A stretch of DNA of 63,538 nt, counting the filler, from Octopus bimaculoides (lineage: Eukaryota): the NCBI RefSeq assembly GCF_001194135.2. It is 7 parts of 7 records of this genome, joined end to end, with 100 filler letters (N's around TTAATTAATTAA, not from the genome) between each part and the next. Parts side by side here need not be neighbours in the genome. Positions count along the whole stretch, not along the records: positions 1 to 12,613 come from NC_068981.1; 6 more parts are not named here. The stretch is one strand, 5' to 3'. The translations under genes were made by a program, and so were the position numbers. The notes beneath the pieces were generated by a model, which saw only the letters and a list, made by a program, of their open reading frames with translations, searched no databases and was not told the DNA's origin. Positions 1 through 12,713 of the stretch are shown piece after piece. Every line of letters begins with the position of its first letter. Position 1 is the stretch's first letter.

Positions 1-1131
1 TTAGGGTTAAAGCAAATTTAAAATGAAAAAAGCAAATAAAACGAAGGTATGGAGATTAAATACGCTTTACATCGCTTAATCAGCCAAAGGAGTAAATATA
101 AACAACTGAATACTTGTCAGTGATTGGTTGAAATTATCGAAATAAGACAATTTTTTACATGAAATAAATTCGAATACAAAAATATTTTTCTGTTCTATAA
201 CACAAAATAGATAAGTATACGAAGTTTGAAAGTCTTTCCGTACCAAAAACACTACGTAAAACATTAATGAAAAATGTGGCCCCCTGTTTTAAAATAGATC
301 CGAATTTTCTAACAGTCCGCTCCAGAAAAAAAAAAAAAATTCTCCTAAAATTACTTTATAATCGTAATTTGTGCCATTTGAACGGCATTTCTATAAAATT
401 TCATAAATATATACCCATTTTCGTTAAAGTTATGAGAGGAAAATCAGATCTTGTTAATTTTCCGAAATTCCTCTCCCCACCACCCCCGTTCGTTTGCGCA
501 ATTTTTTTTTCATATTCGTTTTCGTCATTTTTTTTACACCTAGTAGGCTTTTTTTTTTCTTTTTCGTTAACGAGTCTCAAACTGTATATTGACAGATTTT
601 TCTTACTTCCTATTCTTGAACAGCCAACGAAAAGCTGACCTTTGCAATATGTTGATGGTTGTGGCAAAACTAAGACACTGAAAATTTAAGATATTTGAAT
701 TGAAATAGAAACTCTTGTGCACTTATAATCTAATCGATGCATCATATGCTCGGAGAGAGACAGATAGAGAAGGGGGATCTTTTCTGTTGCTGTCACAGAT
801 TTTGAGATTTTAAAATTAAGTGAAAATTTTCAAATTTGATATATTCATGTAATTTTTCGTAGGAATATTAAACGATTCTTTTCCATTTTATGTATGCATT
901 ACATAGTCACTTAGAAATATAAAAAAAAGATGTTTAGAGTAATTTATATAACTATATATCCAGTTTCTATCATTTAAACAGAATACATAAAGAACATTTT
1001 CACAGAAAAAATTTACATTTCAATTAATTTTCTCAATTTCATTGCCTCTTATTACCTCCCCTTGATTTTGGGGCGTGGACCTTTCCGCATTCCAACCAAT
1101 ACATATACATACGTACACGCATACACATATG

Positions 1132-1632
1132 TTATACTAAAGTTTCAACAACTATACTAAGTGTCAGTTATTAGCGCTTTAATTGGATGAACTGCCTTGT
1201 TCGATAAAGAAAATACTCATGGAAATAAGAATATCTCCCAAGCAAGGTAACTATATATATTTTAAAATAAACTAACAGTCTCGGGTTACTTAAACGTTAC
1301 ACGCTATAAATTATGATAGATCGAATTTTCACATTTGAGTTAATAACTTTCTGTAGGCTTTTCCTTAATAGATCTACTATCTATCTGTATAATGCTATAC
1401 TAAATGTGGTTTAAAGATTAACGTTTTAATAACCGAATTAAAATGCCTTGTTCGATAAAACAAAACCAAGCCATAACTCCAAAGCAACGTAACTATATAT
1501 TTTTTAAGAAAAGAATTATCTTGGGTTATACATAAAAGTACCAAAGTTATCCCCGGTACCGTTATCCCCGTATAAATTACTGTAGACCTAATCTTCATAT
1601 TTGAGTTTTTAACTTTTTATAGGCTTTTCCTT
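1132..1632. repeat. Old two-copy tandem duplication, period about 250-265 bp
   Basis: Shared blocks in the same order: TGCCTTGTTCGATAAA (1193 and 1444), GTAACTATATAT, ATTTGAGTT, TAGGCTTTTCCTT (about 1354 and 1620). Confidence 0.7.
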
Positions 1633-1714
1633 TCGGACGATCGCGAAGGAAAAATAACTGCCAAGACGCTGAAATACGGGTTACCCGCCAATTTTACTGG
1701 TGTGTTCTGAGTGA

Positions 1715-1880
1715 TTGATCGGCAGGTCGATAAATTAATTTTTTTAAACTAAACACTTTCAAACTTCGGATGAAAGTGTTTAGTTTTAAAAAAATCCGAA
1801 CCGAATTGTCAAAAGTTGTCGAGTTATATCGAAGGAATGCCAAAAAAAAAAAAAAATTAATTTATCGACCTACCGATCAA
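1715..1880. repeat. Foldback / MITE-like element with 31-bp terminal inverted repeat and an internal hairpin
   Basis: 1715-1745 is the reverse complement of 1850-1880 with one mismatch. An internal stem AAACACTTTCA (1751-1761) / TGAAAGTGTTT (1771-1781) extends outward with one bulge. Confidence 0.7.
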
Positions 1881-2169
1881 AAGGAAAAGATCCACAGTTT
1901 ATACCAAGCAACTCTTATATACAAATCCCTTAGTTACAGCTCTTATTTTATTTTTTAAAAAACACTTATTTAGCTGCACGGATTTCATTCACCATCACAA
2001 GATAACCTTGCTACGATATTTGTGTAAATAAACTAAAATTGGTGAAACTCAATGGTGTTGCATGGTAAATAGACTTATTTAATCGTAGTATGTCCCCAGC
2101 TAAAGAGCACCACTTCCGTCCGTCCTGAATCTTCTTAAAAACCCAACTGGTGGAATCTGTCAATATCTT

Positions 2170-2400
2170 CAACAGTCACAAGGGCGCTTCTACATGGCCA
2201 CTTGACCTGCTAAAAACAGCAGCCAATTCTACCTCGAATCACATCCTTCAATCTTAAAAATAAGGGAAGAACGCATTGGATAATCTAACCCGGGATACTA
2301 TGCATAAAAGAAAAAGACGGAATGGTCGCGAGTGGAATGTCTTTGATAATAAAAACAGTTTTCTTCAGTCAGAGCCGACTTCGGATAAACAACACGGCAG
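2170..2400. repeat. Unclassified interspersed repeat; related pieces at about 13955-14015 and 54465-54535
   Basis: The motif CTGCTA-AAA-AGCAGCCAA-T/C-TC-C-TC recurs three times in the window. Confidence 0.5.
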
Positions 2401-3334
2401 AATCACAAACTGAAACATGTGTGAGCTTCCGTTAAAATATTAGATACTCGTACGTCGTTCAAATATATATATAAAATAATTTGAAGGTCATCAGTACTTA
2501 CTTATCAAACACGTATCAAGCTGGTCTTTTAAAAAAATTATCCTTTGATTTAACCTGCGTTGTCACTCCTCGGACTGTATTTAGCCAAGTGAGATAAAAT
2601 TATTTCTTTCTGTGGTCCATATTAAACGATGCGTACCTTGAACCTTAACATAAGCTGCTGTGATTGAAAAACCACTATTTCAACCCACACCTAATAAATA
2701 GTCTTTAATAAGACAGAAATGAAATGTCTTTTATATACATAGTTTTTTTTTTCACTGCACCCCCTTTTATCAAATTATCGATTGTTTCAGATAATTGTTA
2801 TAAATATATATATAAAATACTTTGAATTTTAAACAATTATTCAAATAGTATGGTTACCGGAAACGCTATTGAGTAACGTCATTTTAGGTTTTGAGTTCAA
2901 TTCCAATAGAGGGATATTGTAAAGCGAATTAGTGTCACACGAAGGCGCGCAAACTTGCTATTCTCGATGTAAGCTTTAACTATTTAGATGATGGATATAA
3001 AACTAGACTGTCTTTAGATATTTTGTAGATCATTTGCATAAATGTCATATGATTTAGAAATATATAGTATAAAATATTTTAATGTTTATTTTAGTACTAG
3101 CATACAGTTTTATTTATTATAGAAGATCAGCACCATACGAAAAACAATTAATAAATGTCAGCAATCTAATAAATATATCTACTTACACAAAATTGAATCA
3201 CCCGAAAAATCAGATACGATTGTAACCTCTCAGTTGTAAATAACGCCTACATTATGTAGGTGTGTGTGTATAAATACAGACACACACATGTATGTGCATA
3301 TAAATACACATATATATATACATATATTATATAT

Positions 3335-3482
3335 ATATACATTACTCATTTTTGCCAGCTGAGTGGTCTGGAGCAATGTGAAATGAAGTGTTTTACTCAA
3401 GAACACAATGCGTCACCCAGTCCAGGAATTGAAACCACAATCTTACGTCCAATACCCTAACCACTAAGCCACGTGCCTCCAC
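3335..3482 (-). mobile_element. tRNA-derived SINE; older relative at about 5670-5790 (-)
   Basis: The minus strand reads GGCACGTGGCTTAGTGG (A-box-like) ... GGTTTCAATTCC (B-box-like), then TTCTTGAGTAAAACACTT. Confidence 0.65.
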
Positions 3483-3580
3483 ATGCCATAGCACTCATGG
3501 AAGAGTTAAAACTGAACTTGCAAAACGCATCAAATACACATAAACAGTGAATGCTTTGAGTAGATTTTTATAGAATTTAA

Positions 3581-3896
3581 CCCTTTTGTTACCGTATTTC
3601 TGATGAAATACACTATTTTTTGTTTCATATAATTTTAAAAATAATGAAGAATTTAGGAAAATGAGTGGTTGGCGTTAGGAAGGGCATCCAGCTGTAGAAA
3701 CTCTGCCAAATTAGATTGGAGCCCGGTGTTGCCATCCGGTTTCACCAGTCCTCAGTCAAATCGTCCAACCCATGCTAGCATGGAAAGCGGACGTTAAACG
3801 ATGATGATGATGATGAAACTGGTGTTTGGGACAGAAATTTTGATGGTTAGTTTTAAGTTATATTACTTTAGACAGGAAGGGTTGGTATCAAAAGAG
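3581..3896. mobile_element. piggyBac-type MITE with a nested RTE 3' tail (3662-3816)
   Basis: TTAA on both flanks (3577-3580, 3897-3900). TIRs are CCCTTTTGTTACC / GGTATCAAAAGAG (11/13 match). The insert ends in (GAT)n. Confidence 0.7.
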
Positions 3897-6002
3897 TTAA
3901 TTATCAAAATGTTCATGTTGTGTATTTAGAATAAATTACATGTTTCATTCATTTGTTTATTTTTATCTCTTTTCAGCTGATCATTATTAAATTGGACACA
4001 TCTGACTCTACAATACAAATTATTCCATTGTTAAGAACATTTACTACACATTATCCAATTGACTNNNNNNNNNNNNNNNNNNNNNNNNNNNNNNNNNNNN
4101 NNNNNNNNNNNNNNNNNNNNNNNNNNNNNNNNNNNNNNNNNNNNNNNNNNNNNNNNNNNNNNNNNNNNNNNNNNNNNNNNNNNNNNNNNNNNNNNNNNNN
4201 NNNNNNNNNNNNNNNNNNNNNNNNNNNNNNNNNNNNNNNNNNNNNNNNNNNNNNNNNNNNNNNNNNNNNNNNNNNNNNNNNNNNNNNNNNNNNNNNNNNN
4301 NNNNNNNNNNNNNNNNNNNNNNNNNNNNNNNNNNNNNNNNNNNNNNNNNNNNNNNNNNNNNNNNNNNNNNNNNNNNNNNNNNNNNNNNNNNNNNNNNNNN
4401 NNNNNNNNNNNNNNNNNNNNNNNNNNNNNNNNNNNNNNNNNNNNNNNNNNNNNNNNNNNNNNNNNNNNNNNNNNNNNNNNNNNNNNNNNNNNNNNNNNNN
4501 NNNNNNNNNNNNNNNNNNNNNNNNNNNNNNNNNNNNNNNNNNNNNNNNNNNNNNNNNNNNNNNNNNNNNNNNNNNNNNNNNNNNNNNNNNNNNNNNNNNN
4601 NNNNNNNNNNNNNNNNNNNNNNNNNNNNNNNNNNNNNNNNNNNNNNNNNNNNNNNNNNNNNNNNNNNNNNNNNNNNNNNNNNNNNNNNNNNNNNNNNNNN
4701 NNNNNNNNNNNNNNNNNNNNNNNNNNNNNNNNNNNAATACAAATTATTCCATTGTTAAGAACATTTACTACACATTATCCAATTGACTTTGAAAAACCTG
4801 AAAATATATATGTACATTTTTCCATAATACTTTTTCTACAACAGAAATGATCTAATTGACTTTTTGTATGCACCTTCTTAAAAATACTTTTATTTAAACT
4901 ATTATCTTGATTGATGTGGTAAATTAAAATCTATTATATTCTGTGTTTGAATTCTTTCCAAACACAAACCACATGTATAATTGATATATTTTTCTGCTAA
5001 TATGAATAGAAGATATTTTCTGTTGGCATGTAGAAAAAAAGATATGTACAGTCCATTATTCTTACAAACAATCCTTTTAATTTGCTACAATTAAAAAATT
5101 GGTCACTGATTGATTAAACTAACATGCATAGCAATGGTGAAACTTAAATGTAATCTGCATAACACCATTCACTCCACAAGTCACACATTTCAGTAGCTGT
5201 TTGACATCCATGACAAAAGAAATTCTACTGTAGTAAATACTTCAAGAGTGACATCACCTTGTAACTATAACATAAATGGCAGAATTAATCACAAGAGCTG
5301 ATGGCAACTGCACCATCTGTTGCAGAAAAATTATCATGTCAGTCAGTAATCAAAGCACTAACAGTGAGGCCATATTGTATAGACCATATTGTGATAACTG
5401 CAGCATCAGTGATGCAAAAATAGTTACAACTTCCAATATTTACAAAAGTATCACAATGATAATGAAAGCTGTAGCTCTTGTAGTGATACGGCTGGTCTTG
5501 GAACACCTCTACATAATGCCTGTTATAATAAATACTGCAAGAGAGAAAGAGAGCTATAGCCATCACTTGCAAGCAAGTATGACTAGGAAGCTTGTGCCAT
5601 TGTTTCAGCCTGGTGACAGTGAAATATCAAAGATGTGACAACTGGAAGTAAAGAGGACTGCACCAGCACTTCGTTGATACTCATTTCCAGCTGAGTGGAC
5701 CTTAAATTAAGTACCTTGTGGAAGGGCACACCACATCACCCAATCCTGGTATTGAACCCACAACTTGTGAGCCCAACACCTTCACATAATAGTGTACTGA
5801 AGTGAATAAAAGATGAAGGCCTGAAGAAGTGTAGACATGATGACTTTGTATGATGGTATAGCACAACCTTCTGAAAGATGTACAGTGTTTGAGGGAAAAT
5901 TCATTATACTGAAATATATTTTTGTTGATTTAATATTATTTAAAGCCTATCTTTTCAACTAATTTTGAATTTTAGGAACACCTGTTTACCTATCTTTATC
6001 TA

Positions 6003-6219
6003 CGAGGGGGTGCTCAAAAGTTCCTGGCTGTTGGTAAAAGAAAATAGGGGAGGATCAGTTAATTATGATTTTATTCAACATATTCCCCTCTCAGATTCAC
6101 ACACTTATTACAGTGGTCCTTCAGTTTTTCTAAGCCCTGCAAAAGAACTTGGATGGTTGACCCTCCAACCAGGCCTTTCATGATACCCTTAAAACCAGGA
6201 ATTCTTCAGCACCCCCTTG
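6003..6219. mobile_element. mariner-derived MITE
   Basis: TA-flanked TIRs of about 27 bp: CGAGGGGGTGCTCAAAAGTTCCTGG / CCAGGAATTCTTCAGCACCCCCTTG. No ORF. Confidence 0.75.
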
Positions 6220-8559
6220 TACACTTGTAATTACTTTCAGAAAATGTAAATGTGAATTGTAAAATGTAGATGTGAAGCCTACTATACACAGTGATTTGTG
6301 TGTAGTAGAAACAGCTATGAACAATTTTATATTGAAGCACATTGTACCATGACAGAAATAAAAGTAAGAAAAGTCAATTTGAAAAATTTAAGATGTCTGT
6401 TAAAATTTGTTTCCTTATACCTTGTATCTATATCAAATGTAATCCAGTTTTTGCATTTGAATGTTTGTTTGCTTTCATTTATTGATAAAAGTGGAAGAAA
6501 ACAGCATAATTAAAACTGGAAACTGTAATACTGGCCAATGTAAAAATCTTACTTGGCTATCCTGTATTGCCAAAACAAATAAATGCTTCAAAATAGGTAA
6601 ATTATGCAGTTCACTCCACTTATTTATTTATTTTTTTCTAAAATAGTCTTCAGATTTCCAAGTTTTGAATATCAGAAATTCCAATTATAAAAAAGAAGCT
6701 TTTAAAATATTTCATTTCCTCCTTCTCACTGATAACATAATACTTCATCTTGAGAAAATACAAATTCTTAAAATTTATACAATGCTGGGTTTTATAGGAG
6801 ACACTTCTTATCATTTTAGCCTTAACTCCAATCATATATTACATTATGTATGGGGTGTATAGGGCAGCAAGTTAGCAGAGTCATTAGCCCATCAGACAAA
6901 ATGTTTCACAGTATTTTTCCAGCTCTTTATGATTTGAGTTTAAATCCTACCAAGGTCAACTTTGCCTTTCATGGTCAAAAAAGTACCAGTCAAGTACCGG
7001 GATTGATGGTATCTACTAAATCTTCCCCTTGAAACTTACTGATGTTGTGCCATAATTAAAAGGAATTACATATGGGACATATGATTTATCGATTTTGAAG
7101 TATTTATTTTGTTTTGATAATGCAGAAGAGCCAAATTTGTTTTTTTTTTACATTTCCCATTATCACTGGTCTCAATTTTAATTACATGGCTTTTTTCTTT
7201 TACTCATTTATTTATCGTATATACTCAAGTAATAGCTGATCTCATGTAAAAGTCGACCCTAGCAGTTCATGAACAAGAAGACATTTGTGGATCAAGGGAC
7301 CTTATTATCCTTTACGTAGAAATAACACAAAACTGTGTGGCTACCTTACTGTAGCCTGCTCTTTAGGTGGAATGCTCAGTGCTTATAGTAAAACACCATT
7401 TAATAGCGAGCACCACATCTGTTGATGGGTGCTACATCACTATTACTAAAATGTATACACAGGATATGCTGCTAGCCTGCATACATCTTTAAGCACAATA
7501 AACACATGTATCATACACACGTTTACATACTGAAAAACTTGTTTCACAAACAGCACTGTCTGAATTCGTACAAAGGTATGACTTTGGTAAGTCTAAAAAC
7601 ATTAAATTAATTGCTAGATTAGTGGTTCCCATGTGACCTTTATATTTTCCTCATCTCCAAATGCAAGAAACATATGCGTCATACACTCGTCTGTTTACAT
7701 GTTAAGAAACGTGTTTCACAGACAGCACTATTGGCGAACAACAAGAGCTACATGGTTTTGTTTATGGGTTTTGTTATTTACTAGGACGTATATTTTGATG
7801 CATAGAATTGGTAATATTACTGTAATTCATTGTGTTTTTTATTTATATTCACTTAGAGATCAGTTGGGCTTCTGCTTCTGATATGGTACTTTGGATTCTG
7901 GCTTGAATTTCAGCCCCTCACAAGTAGTATCCATGTAATAGTTGACCCCATAAATTTGACCTTAAAAAAAATGATCTAAAAAATTTAACTTTTACATGAG
8001 TAAGTACAGTATTTGTTCTATATGTATAAAATATCTGGAAAATATAAAAAGTCAGTGCTAAAAGAAAACAGGTTTTCTAATAATGATTGATGAATTGTTA
8101 TATAATCTTGTCCCTTTTAAAGAAAAATGTTTTGTTTGCTCAGTATCAATGTCATGCAGCTTTACACTTCTCACAAGACACACAAACACTTCAGGCATGG
8201 TTTGAACAATTGCACTGCAGAAGTTGGAAGATAGTAAGTTAAAGCAAATACAATTGTTTCAAGTAATCTTAACCCTTTGTCTGTTCTGTGTATCACATGG
8301 GATACACAGGACGTATTTTCCAGGCATCCATGCATCATATATGATATACATTCCCAATTTATTTCAATCAGCAGAGCAACTTGGTACTTATGAAAAGAAA
8401 GCTTTATATTACTCAGAACATATGAAACAAGAGCTAACTAAAAGTCTGAAAACAAACATGGGCATTTAGGACAAACTTATAAAAATGCTTTGGACAGACA
8501 GAGGGTGAAAGATATGAAGCAATCTATAAGTAGCACATCTCATCACCATCATCATTGCT

Positions 8560-9326
8560 GGCATCAGTTGGATGGTTTGACTCCTGATGTCTGTTGTGGC
8601 ATAATTTCTATGGCTGAATGCTCTTCCTAATGCCAACCATTTAACAGAGTGTGCTGAGTGTTTTTTACATGACACCGGCATTGGTGTGTTTATACAGTAC
8701 CAGCATGGGTGCATCATCATCATCTTCATCGTTTAACATCCGCTTTCCATGCTAGCATGAGTTGGACGATTTGACTGGACTGGCGAACCAGATGGCTGCA
8801 CCAGGCTCCAATCTGATCTGGTAGAGTTTCTACAGCTGGATGCCCTNNNNNNNNNNCAATCTGATCTGGTAGAGTTTCTACAGCTGGATGCCCTTCCTAA
8901 CGCCAACCACTCTGAGAGTGTAGTGGGTGCTTTTACGTGCCACCGGCACAAGGGCCAGTCACGTACTGGCAACAGCCACACTCAAAATGGTGTTTTCACT
9001 AGGGCCAGTCAGGCAGTACTGGCAACGGCCATGCTCAAAATGGTGTTTTTTACGTGCCACCTGCACAGGAGCCAAATGTTTTTCACGTGCCAGTAAGGCG
9101 ACGCTGGTAACGATCACGCTCAAGTGGTGCTATTTATGTGCCACTGGCACGGAAGCCAGACAGCGCTCTGGCAATGATCACGCTCAGACAGTGCTGTTAG
9201 CGCTCCACTGGCACAGGTGCCAGTCATCGAGTTTGGTTCAATTACAATTTCGATTTCACTTGCTCCAACAGGTCTTCGTAAGCAGTGTTTGGTGTCCAAA
9301 GAAGGAAATACATATTTGAGGGAAAA
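8560..9326 (-). mobile_element. RTE-family 3' UTR/tail fragments (older piece about 8560-8700, younger piece about 8718-9326)
   Basis: Reverse complement of the tail at 3662-3816 and 15005-15158 (GGCGTTAGGAAGGGCATCCAGC ... GGAAAGCGGATGTTAAACGATGA), with (CAT)n at the plus-strand left end. Confidence 0.8.
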
Positions 9327-10885
9327 AGGGAAAGCCAATTTTCCAATTTGATACAAATTATTCCATTGTTAAGAACATTTACTACACATTATCCAATTGA
9401 NNNNNNNNNNNNNNNNNNNNNNNNNNNNNNNNNNNNNNNNNNNNNNNNNNNNNNNNNNNNNNNNNNNNNNNNNNNNNNNNNNNNNNNNNNNNNNNNNNNN
9501 NNNNNNNNNNNNNNNNNNNNNNNNNNNNNNNNNNNNNNNNNNNNNNNNNNNNNNNNNNNNNNNNNNNNNNNNNNNNNNNNNNNNNNNNNNNNNNNNNNNN
9601 NNNNNNNNNNNNNNNNNNNNNNNNNNNNNNNNNNNNNNNNNNNNNNNNNNNNNNNNNNNNNNNNNNNNNNNNNNNNNNNNNNNNNNNNNNNNNNNNNNNN
9701 NNNNNNNNNNNNNNNNNNNNNNNNNNNNNNNNNNNNNNNNNNNNNNNNNNNNNNNNNNNNNNNNNNNNNNNNNNNNNNNNNNNNNNNNNNNNNNNNNNNN
9801 NNNNNNNNNNNNNNNNNNNNNNNNNNNNNNNNNNNNNNNNNNNNNNNNNNNNNNNNNNNNNNNNNNNNNNNNNNNNNNNNNNNNNNNNNNNNNNNNNNNN
9901 NNNNNNNNNNNNNNNNNNNNNNNNNNNNNNNNNNNNNNNNNNNNNNNNNNNNNNNNNNNNNNNNNNNNNNNNNNNNNNNNNNNNNNNNNNNNNNNNNNNN
10001 NNNNNNNNNNNNNNNNNNNNNNNNNNNNNNNNNNNNNNNNNNNNNNNNNNNNNNNNNNNNNNNNNNNNNNNNNNNNNNNNNNNNNNNNNNNNNNNNNNNN
10101 NNNNNNNNNNNNNNNNNNNNNNNNNNNNNNNNNNNNNNNNNNNNNNNNNNNNNNNNNNNNNNNNNNNNNNNNNNNNNNNNNNNNNNNNNNNNNNNNNNNN
10201 NNNNNNNNNNNNNNNNNNNNNNNNNNNNNNNNNNNNNNNNNNNNNNNNTTGCTCCAACAGGTCTTCGTAAGCAGTGTTTGGTGTCCAAAGAAGGAAATAC
10301 ATATTTGAGGGAAAAAGGGAAAGCCATACAGGTATAAATTATTTAGCCTTGACATTGCAGAACAACTCCATATAATAATTAAAGAAGAAACAACATATTT
10401 AATAGCATTGGAGCAATCAACTGATATTAATGATTTATGGTATAGTATACTAAGACATCACAGTAATGCCATTAGCAGGAGAGGTTAGAGAAGTAAATTT
10501 ATTCAGTTACCGTATTTCATCCTCCTCCGCTACCTTCCTAACCTGTCCTAATGTTTGAAAACACCTGCTCTAGACCACCCCAATAAAATTTGAGATGAAA
10601 ATATAATCCCATTATATATATATATATATATATATATACTAAAAATTAATATAAACAGCCAGGCACAATGTGATACCATAAAGGAAAAATTCAAACGTCA
10701 CTAAGTGTGACTAAGGGTACCGAAGCACCTACATTGTTAGAAATAAGAGTTAAAATACTATTAATGCTTGTAAGAAGAGCATATATATATATATATATAT
10801 ATACTGACAGGGGTGGTAACTGCCCTATGACGTCTTAAAGATTAACCAGACTAGGCTAGGCCCAGTTTTGTCTATACCGTCTACC

Positions 10886-10918
<33 letters not shown>

Positions 10919-11134
10919 AATGATATAAAATGCATCTATGTGTCTGAAGGTGCATCAAAATTTATTTATGCTAAGAAAACATTTTTCTTCTTTTGCTGCT
11001 TAAGAATTATTTTTAAAATAACAAATTTGCTAAACATGAACTACAATTTGTTTTTAAAGGAACTATTATTTTTCCTTTGCAGAATATACTGGTCTAGGTA
11101 ATTTTTTATTGAACCAATTTAGATGTAATCTAAA

Positions 11135-11205
11135 TTGGTTGTCTGAATTGTCTGAGTTGTCTAAATTGTCTGAATTGTCTGAGTTGTCTAAATTGGCTGT
11201 CTGAA
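11135..11205. repeat. 9-bp minisatellite (TTGTCTGAA/GAG/AAA) with 27-bp higher order
   Basis: Direct reading: ttgtctgaa ttgtctgag ttgtctaaa, repeated twice. Confidence 0.85.
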
Positions 11206-11224
11206 GTTTCCCCAAGCTATTCTT

Positions 11225-12010
11225 ATTTTAGCAGCTACGCTCTCAGAGTATCCACCCTCACTACAGACTTGGTCGCCTAATGGAAGCTATCCACTACTTC
11301 TAGTTTTTCCCCTTGGCATGTGCTGGAAGCTGTTCTCTGTACATTTTCAGTGTTTATTGTCCCTATGCATCTGCCACACACAAAACCATCTTCTCAGTTA
11401 ACCTTCCTTTGATATTACTGCACCTCTTATGTGTCCATAGCTTGCACCAGGTACATCTTATGGAATTTCTACCTACATCTTTCCTACAGTTTGAGCAGAG
11501 CCATCTACCTGAAGGGATTTGTGGTTTGTCTGCCTACCTACTTACTAAGCCTTTTGTTTTTGCTAGATTGACTCTATGGCCCTTTGATTCTAAACCTTGC
11601 TTCCACACCTGAAACTTCTCTAGAGCAAGGTCATCTGCATAGAGAAGCTCCCAGGGGCAGTCTGTCTTGAATTCTTCTGTTATTGCCTGGAGGACTATGA
11701 CGAATAAGACAGGGCCGAGGACTGATCCTTGGTGGACCCCTACTCCTACCTGGAATTCTTCGCTATACTCATTGCCGACCCTCACCTTACTGACAGTGTC
11801 CCTGTACATAGCTTGTACAGCCTACACTAACCATTCATCTATTCCTAGTTTCCACATTGACCACCAGATAAGAGATCGGGGGACCCTGTCAAAGGCTTTC
11901 TCCAAGTCAACGAAAGTCAAGTACAGAGGTTTATCTTTGGGTAGGAATTTCTCCTGCAGCTGTCTTACCAGAATATAGCATCAGTGGTGCTTCTCCTTGG
12001 CACAAACCCA
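11225..12010 (-). pseudogene. Decayed RTE-clade reverse transcriptase fragment containing an internal PHD finger
   Basis: Minus-strand translation: QFGFVPRRSTTDA ... FVDLEKAFDRV ... GVHQGSVLGP ... LYADDLAL ... NLAKTK ... CSNCRKDVGRNSIRCTWCKLWTHKRC ... VCGRC ... LEVVDSF. Contains stops and frameshifts. Confidence 0.92.
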
Positions 12011-12279
12011 AACTGCTGACAGTTCTTACTGGCCAAACCTCCCTTTCACTGATATATAGAGAAACAGCAATGATTCAGTTACTGGTGTTGTCAACAGCCA
12101 ACTGGTTGAGTGCTTTTATACTCTAAATGTCTATACTAGAGACTTCTCAGGACGAATACCATAGTATTATGGCACTTTTATAATGCATTAGAGTCAAAAA
12201 CTGCCATTTGGTAATAATACTGCCTCCGTTGTTAATATCTAACCTTTCAGTAAGTGTTAAAAATGTCTTTTATACAATA

Positions 12280-12613
12280 CTAGCAGAAATACCCGGCGTT
12301 GCCCGGGTTAAAGAGAATAATGAAATCTAAAAACGCCGTCTAGACTACGCAACCCTCAACTGTTAGTAGCTACGATACCATATTTCTACATTAATAACTC
12401 TCCAATCCATGCCAGCATGGAAAATAGATATTAAGTGGAATGCTAGAAGAAAGTTTTCAACTCATATCTATATAAAGTAAATACACGTAATTCAGAAACA
12501 CGTTTTGTGTATTTTATTTCATAACCAAACAAACAGGTACAGATTATAAATAATGAAAGGCCAATTTTGGTGATTCATTTGACAGAGGTAGTAGAGAGAC
12601 AATGCGATGATAA
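12280..12613 (-). mobile_element. Helitron-type 3' terminus
   Basis: The minus strand has a GC hairpin ACCCGG-N6-CCGGGT (12291-12308) about 7 nt before CTAG-3', followed by T, which is the canonical Helitron 3' end. The piece is cut by the linker gap at 12614. Confidence 0.6.
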
Positions 12614-12657
12614 NNNNNNNNNNNNNNNNNNNNNNNNNNNNNNNNNNNNNNNNNNNN

Positions 12658-12669
12658 TTAATTAATTAA
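12658..12669. other. Assembly linker TTAATTAATTAA within a 100-bp N block; also at 24379, 33812, 54306, 60326 and 62427
   Basis: An identical 12-mer with stops in all six frames is flanked by 44 N on each side, six times. Confidence 0.95.
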
Positions 12670-12713
12670 NNNNNNNNNNNNNNNNNNNNNNNNNNNNNNN
12701 NNNNNNNNNNNNN

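Noticed and set aside
5276-5638. 120-aa ORF with several Cys
   Set aside because: No recognisable domain, splice context or homology; compatible with chance.
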